Shown here piece by piece: positions 1 through 10,378 of a stretch of 64,000 bases of DNA; within the stretch, counting starts at the first letter, position 1, and every line of letters begins with the position of its first letter. Below the pieces are notes generated by a model, which did no database searches, had not been told where the DNA came from, and saw only the letters and a program-made list of their open reading frames with translations. This DNA is from an uncultured Verrucomicrobiae bacterium (lineage in GTDB: Bacteria; Verrucomicrobiota; Verrucomicrobiia; Limisphaerales; UBA1096). The stretch covers positions 25,772 through 89,771 of the forward strand of contig CALJHX010000023.1 in the NCBI GenBank assembly GCA_937770485.1, read 5' to 3'. The translations under genes and the position numbers were made by a program.

Positions 1-1509
1 AACTGCCGGATGTGCCTCGTGCATGTCGCCATGCCGGGACGCCCCGGCCCCGATGGCAAGCCCCCGATGAGCGAGGACGGCACGCCGAAAGTTTTCCCGA
101 TGCAACTCCCGTACGAGCCGGGGACACCGCGCGGTGTCATTGGTTGCGCGACTGGCATCATTCCCGGAATGGAGATTTACGCCAGCAGCCCGGAAACCCG
201 CGAGATGCGCGAGGCGGTGCTCGAGTCGCTGCTGATCAACCACCCACTCGATTGCCCGATTTGCGATCAAGCCGGCGAGTGCAAGCTGCAAGAGTACTCG
301 GTCGAGCACGGCCAACCGGAGAGCCGGTTCGCCGAGGTGAAGGTGCACAAGCCCAAGGCGGTCGACCTTGGTCCGCGGATCACGCTCGACGCCGAGCGCT
401 GCGTGATGTGTACCCGTTGTATCCGCTTCACTGCCGACGTCGCCGGCGACGACGCTTTGGGCATCGTGAACCGAGGCAGCTACAACGCGATCTCGACTTA
501 TCCCGGCCAGCCGTTCGACAACAACTACACGCTCAACACCGTCGACATCTGCCCGGTCGGCGCGTTGACGTCGGACGACTTCCGCTTCCAGATGCGCGTC
601 TGGTTCCTCAAGGAAACCAAGAGCCTCTGCACCGGCTGCGGCACCGGTTGCAACACGGTCATCGGCTCGCGGGAAAACAAGATGTACCGCTACGAGCCGC
701 GCCGAAATGACGCAGTGAACAGCGACTGGATGTGCGACGCCGGTCGGCTCGACTACAAGTGGATCGGCCGTGACGATCGCTTGGCCAAGTTGCGCGGGCC
801 AAATGGCGACATCACTTGGCCAAGCGCGTTGCAGGAGATTTCTGGGCACTTGGCCAAGGCCGCCGAAGGCTCAGTCGCGGTCGTCACTTCGGCGAGGCAA
901 ACCAACGAGGAGCTTTTTCTGCTGAACAAATTGGCAAAGCGCTATAAGGCGTTGACCGACTCCGTACCGCGCAAGGGTGAGGCCGATCATTTACTCGTCG
1001 CTGGGGATCGGAACCCGAACACCACCGGCGCGCAGTTGACCGGGATCACGACTAAGCGCGTCGGCTCGAGGCTTGCTGCCATCGCCAAGGGGATCGCTTC
1101 CGGCAAAATCACGACGCTGATCGTTTTCGGTGAGGACGTCACGCAGCACGGCATTGACGCCACGCTGCTTGGCAAGTTGAAGCTGCTGATCGTCAGCGAC
1201 ATCCTGCCAAACGCCACGACAAAAAAGGCCGACTATCTGCTGCCGGGTTGCGCGCATGCTGAGAAACGCGGGACGTTCACCAACGTGAAAGGGCGCGTGC
1301 AGAAATTCACAAAAGCCTTCGAGCCACCCGGCGACGCGATGCCGGAGTGGGAAGTGCTGCACGAGCTTGTGCACGCCGTCACTGGCCTCGACGGTTTCAA
1401 CAGCATCGAGGGTTTGTTCAACCAAATGGCCGGCGAGGTGAAGGCGTTCAAGGCCGCTGGCCTGACGTGGGCCGGTCTCGGAGACAAGGGCACGGACGTG
1501 AAATTGTAA
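1..1509 (+). CDS. nuoG: NADH-quinone oxidoreductase subunit G, 5'-truncated by the window edge
   Basis: The frame of ORF 10..1509 is open to the window edge. It has the Fe-S motif NHPLDCPICDQAGECKLQEY and CxxCxxC clusters, followed by a molybdopterin-oxidoreductase-like region. It is directly followed by nuoH-N. Confidence 0.9.
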   Translation, partial: NCRMCLVHVAMPGRPGPDGKPPMSEDGTPKVFPMQLPYEPGTPRGVIGCATGIIPGMEIYASSPETREMREAVLESLLINHPLDCPICDQAGECKLQEYSVEHGQPESRFAEVKVHKPKAVDLGPRITLDAERCVMCTRCIRFTADVAGDDALGIVNRGSYNAISTYPGQPFDNNYTLNTVDICPVGALTSDDFRFQMRVWFLKETKSLCTGCGTGCNTVIGSRENKMYRYEPRRNDAVNSDWMCDAGRLDYKWIGRDDRLAKLRGPNGDITWPSALQEISGHLAKAAEGSVAVVTSARQTNEELFLLNKLAKRYKALTDSVPRKGEADHLLVAGDRNPNTTGAQLTGITTKRVGSRLAAIAKGIASGKITTLIVFGEDVTQHGIDATLLGKLKLLIVSDILPNATTKKADYLLPGCAHAEKRGTFTNVKGRVQKFTKAFEPPGDAMPEWEVLHELVHAVTGLDGFNSIEGLFNQMAGEVKAFKAAGLTWAGLGDKGTDVKL

Positions 1510-2639
1510 TGCCCGCCTCGATCACAGGACTATTCGCCGAGCCGTGGGCGCTGACGCTGCTTAAGGTTATCGCGGTGTTCGTCGTGGTGATGCCGATGGT
1601 CGCCTACTCGGTCGTCGCCGAACGCCGCATCTCAGCGTGGATTCAGGATCGTGTCGGCCCAAACCGCGTCGGCATTCCGTTCACGAATATCAAACTGCTT
1701 GGGCTTGGCCAACCGCTGGCCGACGGGCTGAAGGCGTTGGTGAAGGAGGACTTCACTCCGGGTCATGTGCGGAAAGTATTTTTTTGGATGGCTCCAGCGG
1801 TGGCGATGGTGCCGTCGTTCGTGGTGCTTGCCGTAGTGCCGTTTGGCTCGATGCTCGGGTCACAGAAGATGGTCATCGCCGATCTTAATGTTGGTATCCT
1901 GTTTACCTTCGGCATCGTGTCGCTGGGAGTGTATGGCGTCGTGCTGGCCGGCTATGCTTCGAACTCGAAGTATTCGTTCCTCGGCGGCATCCGCTCGACG
2001 GCGCAAATGATTTCCTACGAGATCGCGATGGGTCTGGCGGTCGTGCCGGTGTTCATGCTTGCGGCCGATCCTACTTGGCAAAAAGGATTATCCCAATCTT
2101 GGTCTGTTTATTTGGAGGGTGCAGGTTTGTTGAATCTTTCGAGTGTGATCGCTTATCAAAGTGACACCCTGTTCCATTGGCTGATGTTTAAGCAGCCGAT
2201 TGCGTTTGCAATTTTCCTGATCGCGATTTTTGCGGAGACCAACCGTTTGCCATTCGACTTGCCGGAGTCAGAAACGGAGTTGGTGGCCGGTTACCACACC
2301 GAGTATAGCTCCATGAGCTTTGCGCTGTTTTTTATGGGGGAATACGCGGCGATGATCGCCGGCTCAGCGCTAATGGTTGTGTTGTTTTGCGGCGGCTGGA
2401 CGCTGCCGCTTGGCGACTTTTTCAACACACCGGCCCAGTCGCTTGGCCAAGGGTTGGTGCACATTGGCGTGTTCATCGCGAAGATCGCGATGTTTCTTGT
2501 TTTGATGATTTGGATTCGCTGGATGTTGCCTCGATTCCGCTACGATCAACTGATGAACATAGGTTGGAAACGGTTCCTGCCTTTGAGCTTGGCCAACATT
2601 ATCTTTACGGCAATCGTGCTCTGGGTGCTGCACAGTTAA
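1509..2639 (+). CDS. nuoH: NADH-quinone oxidoreductase subunit H
   Basis: The ATG at 1509 overlaps the nuoG stop (TAATG). This is a polytopic membrane protein with the ND1/NuoH signature PESETELVAGYHTEYSSMSFALFFMGEY. The upstream part of ORF 1347..2639 overlaps nuoG and is rejected. Confidence 0.9.
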   Translation: MPASITGLFAEPWALTLLKVIAVFVVVMPMVAYSVVAERRISAWIQDRVGPNRVGIPFTNIKLLGLGQPLADGLKALVKEDFTPGHVRKVFFWMAPAVAMVPSFVVLAVVPFGSMLGSQKMVIADLNVGILFTFGIVSLGVYGVVLAGYASNSKYSFLGGIRSTAQMISYEIAMGLAVVPVFMLAADPTWQKGLSQSWSVYLEGAGLLNLSSVIAYQSDTLFHWLMFKQPIAFAIFLIAIFAETNRLPFDLPESETELVAGYHTEYSSMSFALFFMGEYAAMIAGSALMVVLFCGGWTLPLGDFFNTPAQSLGQGLVHIGVFIAKIAMFLVLMIWIRWMLPRFRYDQLMNIGWKRFLPLSLANIIFTAIVLWVLHS

Positions 2640-2649
2640 GGACGAAAAA

Positions 2650-3264
2650 ATGAAAGTGGATCGCACAGAGTTGACCTGGTGGGAGCGGCTGTATTTGCCG
2701 ACGCTGCTCAACGGTTTCAAGGTCACGCTACGCCATTTCTTCTCATGGAAACGCTCGGAGGTGTACGGGGACAAGCAGAAGAATTACAGCGCCAAGACCA
2801 CGATGCAGTATCCGGAGGAAAAATGGGATGTACCCACCGGTTACCGCGGTGCGCCGTATTTGGTGAAGGATGTGGACGATAAAACCAAGTGCGTTTCATG
2901 CCAGTTGTGTGAGTTTGTCTGTCCTCCCAGAGCCATTCGTATCACGCCACCGGGAGACAGCGGCGTGGTCGATCGCGAGGGCGCGGAGAAGATGCCGAAG
3001 GAATTCGAGATCGATATGCTCCGTTGCATCTATTGTGGCTTCTGTCAGGAAGTTTGCCCGGAGGAGGCGATTTATCTGTTGGAGGATTACGCCATCACCG
3101 GTGAGAGTCGTGAGGAGCTGGTTTACGATATGAAAAAGTTGCTGGCGCTGGGCGGCGCGGACAAGCGCGCCTACGATCACCACGTGCAGGATGGGGTGGG
3201 TGATGGCATCAAAAAATGGGAAACCAAAACGCGTGAAGCAGGGGAGCAACCGAAGTTTCACTGA
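2650..3264 (+). CDS. nuoI: NADH-quinone oxidoreductase subunit I (2x[4Fe-4S] ferredoxin)
   Basis: It has two CxxCxxCxxxCP motifs (CVSCQLCEFVCP and CIYCGFCQEVCP) and sits in the expected operon position. Confidence 0.92.
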   Translation: MKVDRTELTWWERLYLPTLLNGFKVTLRHFFSWKRSEVYGDKQKNYSAKTTMQYPEEKWDVPTGYRGAPYLVKDVDDKTKCVSCQLCEFVCPPRAIRITPPGDSGVVDREGAEKMPKEFEIDMLRCIYCGFCQEVCPEEAIYLLEDYAITGESREELVYDMKKLLALGGADKRAYDHHVQDGVGDGIKKWETKTREAGEQPKFH

Positions 3265-3279
3265 TGAGCTGATTTAGGC

Positions 3280-3828
3280 ATGGAAGGAACGCTGTTCAAT
3301 ATTTTCGCCGGCCTGACTTTGCTGAGTGCGTTTATGGTAGTGGCGAATCCTTTCAGCCGCAACCCGGTGACGAGTGCGATGTTCCTCGTGACGGCGATGA
3401 TCTCGATCTCCGGGCTGTTCGTGCTACTCGGCGCGTACTTTCTCGCGGCGGTGCAGATCCTCGTTTACGCAGGGGCCGTGATGGTGTTGTTCCTGTTCGT
3501 GATTATGCTGCTGGATCTCCGGGAGGCGGCGCGCCGCAAACTGAATCTCATAAGCCTCGCGATGGGCATCATGGCTGTTGGCGCGCTGTTTTCGGTTTAC
3601 AAAAGCTCGCTAGAATCGACGTATGGTGAAGCACCTCAGCAGCACGAAGCGGCGAATACTGGCCAAGCGGAGGCCAAGCCGGCCAAGGTAGTCGGCAGCA
3701 CGCGGGCGCTTGGCCAAGCGCTGTTCAGTAAGGACAACGGATTCATCCTGCCGTTCGAGATCGTCTCCATTCTGCTGCTGGTGGCGATGGTTGGCGTGAT
3801 TTTATTGAGCAGAAAGGAGCCACGATGA
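3280..3828 (+). CDS. nuoJ: NADH-quinone oxidoreductase subunit J
   Basis: A 182-aa hydrophobic protein at the ND6/NuoJ position between nuoI and nuoK. Its stop overlaps the nuoK start. Confidence 0.85.
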   Translation: MEGTLFNIFAGLTLLSAFMVVANPFSRNPVTSAMFLVTAMISISGLFVLLGAYFLAAVQILVYAGAVMVLFLFVIMLLDLREAARRKLNLISLAMGIMAVGALFSVYKSSLESTYGEAPQQHEAANTGQAEAKPAKVVGSTRALGQALFSKDNGFILPFEIVSILLLVAMVGVILLSRKEPR

Positions 3829-4133
3829 TGGAACCGACCTTGAGCCAATACCTGCTGGTGAGCGGGGCGCTGTTTGCGATCGGCTTGCTGGGCGTGATCG
3901 TGCGGCGCAACCTGCTAATCATCTACATGTCGCTCGAGTTGATGCTCAACGCGGCGAACGTGGCGCTCGTGGCGATGTCGCGTTTCAATGGGAATCTCGA
4001 CGGGCAGGTGATGGTGTTCTTTATCATCACCGTCGCCGCGGCGGAGGTGTCCGTTGGATTGGCCTTGATCGTCGCGCTGTATCGGAAACGCCAAACCGCC
4101 GACGTGGAAGACTTGGCCACGATGAAACTCTAA
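3825..4133 (+). CDS. nuoK: NADH-quinone oxidoreductase subunit K
   Basis: A 102-aa protein with three TM segments and the ND4L-like sequence [16 protein letters not shown]...[13 protein letters not shown]. There is a 4-nt overlap with nuoJ. Confidence 0.9.
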   Translation: MMEPTLSQYLLVSGALFAIGLLGVIVRRNLLIIYMSLELMLNAANVALVAMSRFNGNLDGQVMVFFIITVAAAEVSVGLALIVALYRKRQTADVEDLATMKL

Positions 4134-4136
4134 ACG

Positions 4137-5903
4137 ATGAATACCGCTGCATGGTTGGTTTTGTTACTCCCGCTCCTCTCGGCGGTACTCATCGGCTTGG
4201 GCGTGTTCCGCTCGCGCATTGCCAGCGCGGCGATCTCCGTCGGCGCGGTCGTCGGTTCATTTTTGCTGACGTTGCTGCTGATTGCAGCCGGCGGTGAACT
4301 GCATCCGAGCGTTATTTGGCTCGCGATCGAGGGCCTTCAAATCGACATCGGATTGCAAATCGACAATCTCAGCAAGTTGATGCTGTGTGTCGTTACCGGT
4401 GTCGGCGGACTGATCCATTTTTTCTCGCTGGGCTACATGAAGGAGGATCGGGATTTCTCTCGCTACTTTGCCTTCCTCAGCATCTTCATTTTCTCGATGC
4501 TCGGTATTGTGTTGGCCGACAACTTCGTGATGATGTTCATCTTCTGGGAATTGGTCGGTGTCTCGAGTTATTTGTTGATCGGATTTTGGTTCGAAAAACC
4601 CAGCGCGGCCGATGCCGCCAAAAAAGCCTTCCTCACCAACCGCATCGGCGATTTCGGTTTTCTGATCGGCATCCTGATGGTCTGGGCCGCGATGGGTTCT
4701 ATCAATTTCGACGCCATTGAGAGCAAACTCGCGACTGGAACTGCGGCCATCACCGGCTTGGCCGGGTTCCTGATTTTCTGCGGAGCTATGGGAAAGTCCG
4801 CCCAAGCCCCTCTGCACGTATGGCTGCCGGACGCGATGGAGGGCCCGACGCCGGTCAGCGCGCTCATCCACGCTGCGACGATGGTGGCTGCCGGTGTGTA
4901 CATGCTTTGCCGCCTGTTTTTCCTGATCGAAGGCACCTGGGCGATGGAGGCGATCGCGTGGATTGGCGGCCTGACCTCTCTGCTGGCCGCGCTGATGGCG
5001 GTGCAGCAGGACGACATCAAGCGCATCCTGGCCTACTCGACACTCTCACAGCTGGGCTACATGGTGATGGCGGTTGGGCTGGGTTCGCCCGACGCGGCGA
5101 TGTTTCACCTGACAACGCACGCCTCCTTCAAGGCGCTGTTGTTCCTCGGGGCTGGCTCGGTAATCGTGGCGCTTCATCACGAGCAGGACATCTGGAAGAT
5201 GGGCGGCCTGCGAGAGCGGATGCCGAAGACGTACTGGACGTTTTTGATCGGCACGATGGCGCTCTGTGGCGTCCCACTCTTCAGCGGTTTTTTCAGCAAA
5301 GAAGCTATCCTCGACGTCGCGCTGGAGAATAATATTCTGCTGTTTTTGGTCGCCGTGTTTGTTGCCTTGCTGACGACATTTTACATGACGCGACTGTTTG
5401 TTGTGGCGTTCATGGGCGAGCCGCGTTCGAGCCACGCTGAGCATGCCAAGGAGAGTCCCGCCGTGATGACCGTTCCACTGATGGTGCTCGCGGTGCCATC
5501 GGTAATCGCCGGCTACTTCAACGCGCACGCGCTGAATCCACTAGTGCTGGCCGCCTCGCTCGTTGTGTTGGTGTTCGGCACGCTCGTGGCCAACACCCTG
5601 TACAGCGGAGCCAAGGAAGATCCGCTCCCGGCAAGGTTAGGCCGCTTGGCCAAGGCGCTGCGCAACCGGTTTTGGTTTGATGAAGTTTACCAGTGGTTCA
5701 TCGACAAAGTGCAGGAGAACTTGGCCAAGCTGGCGGACGCCATCGACCGCTGGGTGATCGCCGGGTTGCTGGTGCGCGGCGCACACGGCACGACTGAGTT
5801 GGCCGGTCGGGTGTTGCGCCTGGCCCAGACCGGGAACCTACAAACATACGCTTTTTGGTTTGCGGCCGGCATGGCTGTGCTTTTGTTTTTTACGTTGAAT
5901 TGA
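4137..5903 (+). CDS. nuoL: NADH-quinone oxidoreductase subunit L
   Basis: A 588-aa antiporter-like subunit with ND5/NuoL motifs (FWELVGVSSYLLIGFW, KSAQAPLHVWLPDAMEGPTPVSALIHAATMV). Confidence 0.9.
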   Translation: MNTAAWLVLLLPLLSAVLIGLGVFRSRIASAAISVGAVVGSFLLTLLLIAAGGELHPSVIWLAIEGLQIDIGLQIDNLSKLMLCVVTGVGGLIHFFSLGYMKEDRDFSRYFAFLSIFIFSMLGIVLADNFVMMFIFWELVGVSSYLLIGFWFEKPSAADAAKKAFLTNRIGDFGFLIGILMVWAAMGSINFDAIESKLATGTAAITGLAGFLIFCGAMGKSAQAPLHVWLPDAMEGPTPVSALIHAATMVAAGVYMLCRLFFLIEGTWAMEAIAWIGGLTSLLAALMAVQQDDIKRILAYSTLSQLGYMVMAVGLGSPDAAMFHLTTHASFKALLFLGAGSVIVALHHEQDIWKMGGLRERMPKTYWTFLIGTMALCGVPLFSGFFSKEAILDVALENNILLFLVAVFVALLTTFYMTRLFVVAFMGEPRSSHAEHAKESPAVMTVPLMVLAVPSVIAGYFNAHALNPLVLAASLVVLVFGTLVANTLYSGAKEDPLPARLGRLAKALRNRFWFDEVYQWFIDKVQENLAKLADAIDRWVIAGLLVRGAHGTTELAGRVLRLAQTGNLQTYAFWFAAGMAVLLFFTLN

Positions 5904-5910
5904 TCGGAAA

Positions 5911-7431
5911 ATGGATTGGTTGTTGATCATTGTTCTGTTGCCGCTGCTCGCCGCTGCGGCCGTCGGGTTTATACCCGACAGCCAACGGCGGATGATCCGC
6001 GGCATCACGATTGGCGCGTCCGGTTTGTCGCTGCTTTGCGCATTAATTGCGTTTTGCACCTTCAAAGTCGGCAGCGGCTTGCAGTTTGAAACCAAGGTTG
6101 TGTGGGTCGAGAGCCTCGGGCTGCATTTTCACCTGGCGGCGGACGGCATCAATATCGGCATTATTTTAATGGGAGCGATCGTCTCCTTTGCGGCGGCCTG
6201 CTGCGCGGACGACATCACGCACCGAGTGAAGGAGTTTCACGTTCTGCTCAACCTGATGATCGGTGGCATCCTCGGTACGTTCGCCTCCATGGATTTGTTT
6301 TTCTTCTACTTCTTCCACGAACTCGCGCTGGTGCCGACCTTCATCATGATCGGCGTGTGGGGCAGGGGAGCGAACCGCAATTATGCCACCTACAAAATCA
6401 CGCTCTACCTCAGTCTTGGCGCGTTGCTGGCGCTGATCGGCTTGATCGGCGTGTACGTGCAGACCGGCGCGGAGTCGTTCAGCATCCCAGACTTGATCGC
6501 CACCGTGCAGGAATCGCCGATCGACGAGTCGGCGCAACAATGGATTTTTCCGCTGCTGATGTTCGGCTTCGGCATCCTGGTTTCGCTGTGGCCGTTCCAT
6601 ACTTGGGCGCCGCTTGGCTACGGCGCGGCACCGACAGCCACCGCGATGTTACACGCTGGCGTCCTGAAAAAGTTCGGATTATACGGCATTATTCGCGTAG
6701 CCATCCCGATGGCCCCGGTCGGAGCGCAAAGCTGGCTCGGGGTGCTGGCGTGGCTGGCCTTGGCTAACCTGCTGTTCTGCGGATTGGTTGCCGTTCGCCA
6801 AAAAGACCTCAACCTGCTCATCGGCAACTCCAGCGTCGCGCACATGGGCTTCATTTTTCTTGGCATCGCCAGCCTGAACGTGATCGGCCTGACCGGCGCA
6901 GTGTTGGTGATGATCGCCCATGGCCTGCTCGCCGCACTAGCCTTCGGCTTGAGCGGGCATTTGTATCGGCAAACCGGCTCGCTTGACATGAGCCGCATGG
7001 GCGGTTTGCTGCGCCAAATGCCGCTCGCCGGTTCGGCGCTGCTGATGGTGCTTTTGGCTGGCTGCGGGTTGCCGGGCTTCGCGAATTTCGCCGGGGAAGT
7101 GACGATCTTTTTCGGGGCCTGGGCCGCTGGACTGAAAGTCGTCACGGTGATCGCCGCGTGGAGTGCGCTGGTGATTGGCGGCCTGTACATGATGCGTGCC
7201 ATTCGCAACATCCTGCATGGACCGCGTGGTGACGATTGGGCCAAGGCGAGCGACGTCAGCCCGCTGATCGCGACTGCGCTTGGCCTGCTGCTTGCGGCGT
7301 TATTGGTATTCGGCTTCGCGCCGTGGCTGTTGACCGAGGGCATCAAGGGCGAAGTGACGAAGAGCGTGCTCTTGCCCAAGCCGTCTGCGGTCGCAGGCCA
7401 GATACAAACCACAGAGGTGGCCGGGAGGTAA
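5911..7431 (+). CDS. nuoM: NADH-quinone oxidoreductase subunit M
   Basis: A 506-aa antiporter-like subunit (ND4 family) in the expected operon order. Confidence 0.9.
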   Translation: MDWLLIIVLLPLLAAAAVGFIPDSQRRMIRGITIGASGLSLLCALIAFCTFKVGSGLQFETKVVWVESLGLHFHLAADGINIGIILMGAIVSFAAACCADDITHRVKEFHVLLNLMIGGILGTFASMDLFFFYFFHELALVPTFIMIGVWGRGANRNYATYKITLYLSLGALLALIGLIGVYVQTGAESFSIPDLIATVQESPIDESAQQWIFPLLMFGFGILVSLWPFHTWAPLGYGAAPTATAMLHAGVLKKFGLYGIIRVAIPMAPVGAQSWLGVLAWLALANLLFCGLVAVRQKDLNLLIGNSSVAHMGFIFLGIASLNVIGLTGAVLVMIAHGLLAALAFGLSGHLYRQTGSLDMSRMGGLLRQMPLAGSALLMVLLAGCGLPGFANFAGEVTIFFGAWAAGLKVVTVIAAWSALVIGGLYMMRAIRNILHGPRGDDWAKASDVSPLIATALGLLLAALLVFGFAPWLLTEGIKGEVTKSVLLPKPSAVAGQIQTTEVAGR

Positions 7432-7437
7432 AGCGAC

Positions 7438-8895
7438 ATGGACGGTCAACTGCAATTTATACAGCTCGAGGTGATGGTGGTGGTGCTGGGGCTGCTCGTC
7501 CTGCTCGCTGACTTGTTCCTGTCGGAGTCGGCACGGCGGTCGCTTGGCTACATAGCTGCAGGGTCGCTTGGCTTCGTGTTCCTGCTGAGCTTTCGCGGTG
7601 GCTACACCGACTTGGCAGAGGGCGAGGCGTTCGGCGAGATTTATCGACTCGACGGCTTGGCGCTGTTTTTCAAGCGGTTCTTCCTATTGACGGCAATTTT
7701 CGTGCTGGTATTTACGGTAGACTTCGCCTCGCGGTTGAGGAGCGGCGTGTCGGAGTATCTCGCGTTCATCCTGTTTGCGTTGTCGGGGATGATGTTCGCC
7801 TCCTCAGCCAACGACTTCAGTTTGTTGTTCGTCGCAATTGAGTTGATCACGGTGACGTTTTACATCCTCGTCAGCTTTCAGCGGCACCGGATGCACTCAC
7901 TCGAGGCAGGTGTGAAATATCTCATCCTCGGCGCGGTGTCGTCGGCGTTTTTGGTTTACGGCATAGCGCTCGTGTTCGGCGAGGCCGGCAGCCTCAAGTT
8001 CGATGCGATCCGCGACGCGCACGCCGGTTTGCTCGGGAGCAAGGTGTTTTTGTTTGGCATGCTGTTCGTGTTTGCTGGGCTGGCGTTCAAGATTTCAGCG
8101 TTCCCGTTTCAGGTTTGGGCGCCGGATGTGTATCAGGGCGCGCCTACGCCCACGACGACGTTTCTCGCGGTCGGCTCCAAGGCGGCCGGATTCGTGCTGC
8201 TGATCCGCTTGTTTGGCAGCGTTGTCCCGGAACTCACCGCCCAATGGGCAGGGATGCTGATGGTCGTCGCCGCTCTGACGATTTTGTACGGTAATCTTTG
8301 CGCCCTTCCGCAGCGTAACCTCAAGCGGCTGCTGGCCTACTCCGGCATCGCCAACGCCGGTTATATGCTGATGGGCATCGTGGTCCAGTCGGACGAAGGG
8401 ACGGCGGCAATTTTGTATTACCTCGCCGGTTATCTGTTCACGCTCGTGGCGGCATTCATGATTATCAATCTGCTGACCCGAGACGGGGAAGGGGAGGATA
8501 TTTCTTGTCTTGCGGGACTGGGTAAACGCTCGCCATTCCTCGCCTTGACGCTGACGCTGGCAGTCGTGTCGCTGGCCGGGATACCGCCGCTGGCCGGGTT
8601 CTTCGGCAAATTTCTGCTGGTGAAAGCGATCGCCGTCAAGGCGTTCGGTGACGCCGGATACTTCGCGCTGCTGGCCGTGGCGGTGTTCGGCGTCGTTGTC
8701 TCGATCTACTACTACTTCGGCATCATTCGGACCATTTACTGGTCAAAAGACACGACCGACAACTCGCCGGTGGCGGTCGCTTGGCCAACACGGGTTGCGC
8801 TTGGCCTCTGCGTCGCCGCAATCCTCTACCTCGGCATTCTGCCCAACAAGCCCATCAACTGGGCCGACGCTGCCGCCAAGATCGAGACCAAGTAA
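7438..8895 (+). CDS. nuoN: NADH-quinone oxidoreductase subunit N
   Basis: A 485-aa ND2-family membrane protein (FPFQVWAPDVYQGAPTPTTTFLAVGSKAAGF). It is the last gene of the operon. Confidence 0.88.
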   Translation: MDGQLQFIQLEVMVVVLGLLVLLADLFLSESARRSLGYIAAGSLGFVFLLSFRGGYTDLAEGEAFGEIYRLDGLALFFKRFFLLTAIFVLVFTVDFASRLRSGVSEYLAFILFALSGMMFASSANDFSLLFVAIELITVTFYILVSFQRHRMHSLEAGVKYLILGAVSSAFLVYGIALVFGEAGSLKFDAIRDAHAGLLGSKVFLFGMLFVFAGLAFKISAFPFQVWAPDVYQGAPTPTTTFLAVGSKAAGFVLLIRLFGSVVPELTAQWAGMLMVVAALTILYGNLCALPQRNLKRLLAYSGIANAGYMLMGIVVQSDEGTAAILYYLAGYLFTLVAAFMIINLLTRDGEGEDISCLAGLGKRSPFLALTLTLAVVSLAGIPPLAGFFGKFLLVKAIAVKAFGDAGYFALLAVAVFGVVVSIYYYFGIIRTIYWSKDTTDNSPVAVAWPTRVALGLCVAAILYLGILPNKPINWADAAAKIETK

Positions 8896-8896
8896 A

Positions 8897-9997
8897 TCAG
8901 CGGCGGGCGAAGAGTTTGCCGGGTAACTGCTTGGCCAAGCGCTTCATTTCCAGCCCGAGCAGAGCCACCGAAACCGTCGGCGTCGGCAGGCCGCTGTTGA
9001 TGATGATCGTGTCGATCGTTTGCTCGGTGGTTTCGAGTAAATCTAACACGGCTTGTTCCTGTTCTGTGAGATTAGCGAGCGGAATCGACTCGGAGTTATC
9101 CGCTTGGACAAGCGCTTGGTTGGGGAACAGATGCTCGAACTCGGCGAGGATGTCCTCTGCGTTTTCGCACAGCGCGGCGCCGTTGCGGATGAGATTGTGG
9201 CAGCCGCGGCTCTGTGGCGAGTCGATCCGCCCCGGCACGGCGAACACCTGCCGGTTGTTGTCGGCGGCCATGTTGGCTGTGATGAGCGCCCCGCTTTTTT
9301 GGTTCGCCTCGACAACGACCGTGCCGAGCGTCATCCCGGCGACGATGCGGTTGCGGATAGGGAAGCTCTGCTTGTCGCCCTTCCGATTGAACGGGAACTG
9401 GGTGATGACGGCGCCGTTGTCGGAGATGCGTTCGTACAACTCCGCGTTTTCCGCCGGGTAAACAATGTTGATGCCAGTGCCGAGTACGGCGATCGTTCGG
9501 CCCTTGGCCGAGAGAGCGCCCTGGTGCGAGGCGGAGTCGATGCCGCGTGCGCCGCCGCTGACCACTGTGATACCGTGACCGGCGAGTTGGTAGGCAAGCT
9601 TGCGGGCGGCGTCCTGCCCGTAATGCGTGGTACGCCGCGCACCGACCATCGCGATGCTGTTTTTGTCCTCCGGCAGCAGGCGGCCCTTCACGTAAAGGAC
9701 AATCGGCGGGTCGTAAATCTCGCGGAGTAACTCAGGGTACTCGTCGTCAGTTTGAAAAACGAGCCGCGCGCCAAAGTCCTCGGCGCGCTTCAACTCCCGG
9801 GCCAAGTCGGTGGTGGATTGCCAGTGTACGATCGTGCCGGCCAAGTCGTCGCCGATGCCCTTGACGCGCACCAGCGCCGAGCGGTTTGCCTGCAGTACAT
9901 TGGCGGCGTCGCCGAAGCACTCGAGCAATTGCCGTACCCGAACCGGCCCGATCCCCTCGAGCAGATTCAAAACCACCAATGCCTCACGCGCGTCCAC
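8897..9997 (-). CDS. dprA: DNA-processing protein DprA (Smf)
   Basis: A 366-aa protein with the DprA Rossmann-like core (VVSGGARGIDSASHQGAL ... PGRIDSPQSRGCHNLIRNGA) and a C-terminal winged-helix-like tail. Confidence 0.88.
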   Translation of the reverse strand: MDAREALVVLNLLEGIGPVRVRQLLECFGDAANVLQANRSALVRVKGIGDDLAGTIVHWQSTTDLARELKRAEDFGARLVFQTDDEYPELLREIYDPPIVLYVKGRLLPEDKNSIAMVGARRTTHYGQDAARKLAYQLAGHGITVVSGGARGIDSASHQGALSAKGRTIAVLGTGINIVYPAENAELYERISDNGAVITQFPFNRKGDKQSFPIRNRIVAGMTLGTVVVEANQKSGALITANMAADNNRQVFAVPGRIDSPQSRGCHNLIRNGAALCENAEDILAEFEHLFPNQALVQADNSESIPLANLTEQEQAVLDLLETTEQTIDTIIINSGLPTPTVSVALLGLEMKRLAKQLPGKLFARR

Positions 9998-10036
9998 GGG
10001 CGGACGTTAGCGAGGGAGGATTACTGACGCCAGCGG

Positions 10037-10068
10037 GAAAGAAAAAAGGCGGCCGTTGGGCCGCCTTT
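10037..10068 (-). terminator. Rho-independent terminator downstream of the small membrane-protein gene
   Basis: A perfect 10-bp stem AAAGGCGGCC/GGCCGCCTTT (10045-10054 and 10059-10068) with a 4-nt loop. On the minus strand it is followed by a T-run. Confidence 0.65.
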
Positions 10069-10087
10069 CAATTTCAGATGAAAAAAA

Positions 10088-10378
10088 TCAAGGTTGCTGA
10101 AGTGAATTTGGGTCGAATCCTTCTAATCCTGATATGGCTCCAGCAGCCGAAAGCATTAATCCCACAATTATCATTGCTGTGAATGCTATATAAAGTAGAA
10201 ATGGCTTTTTAACCTCACTGAAATGCATAATTGCAAAAACAAGCAGTGGAATGCCTAAAAGTAGACTGGCAACTCCCCAGCCTACATTCTTCTTGAAGTT
10301 AGCGATTAACAGCATAATGCCGGTGACAAATCCGCCAATAGCTCCAACAAACGTAAGTATTGTTCCTAATATTACCAT
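10088..10378 (-). CDS. Small hypothetical membrane protein (three predicted TM helices) in an AT-rich patch
   Basis: A 96-aa ORF with GGAG-type RBS AGAGGAGAAAAT immediately upstream of the ATG and a terminator downstream. Its hydrophobic segments are separated by basic loops. I recognise no family. Confidence 0.45.
   Translation of the reverse strand: MVILGTILTFVGAIGGFVTGIMLLIANFKKNVGWGVASLLLGIPLLVFAIMHFSEVKKPFLLYIAFTAMIIVGLMLSAAGAISGLEGFDPNSLQQP

Noticed and set aside
3661-3690. Three GGCCAAG half-sites within 30 bp in nuoJ
   Set aside because: They are part of the general background of palindrome half-sites and encode an Ala/Lys/Glu-rich loop ([11 protein letters not shown]). This is not a separate element.
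4338-4365. An 18-bp-spaced duplicate CAAATCGACA inside nuoL (peptide LQIDIG-LQIDNL)
   Set aside because: This is a short in-frame micro-duplication in a loop of an otherwise intact NuoL, with no sign of functional significance.
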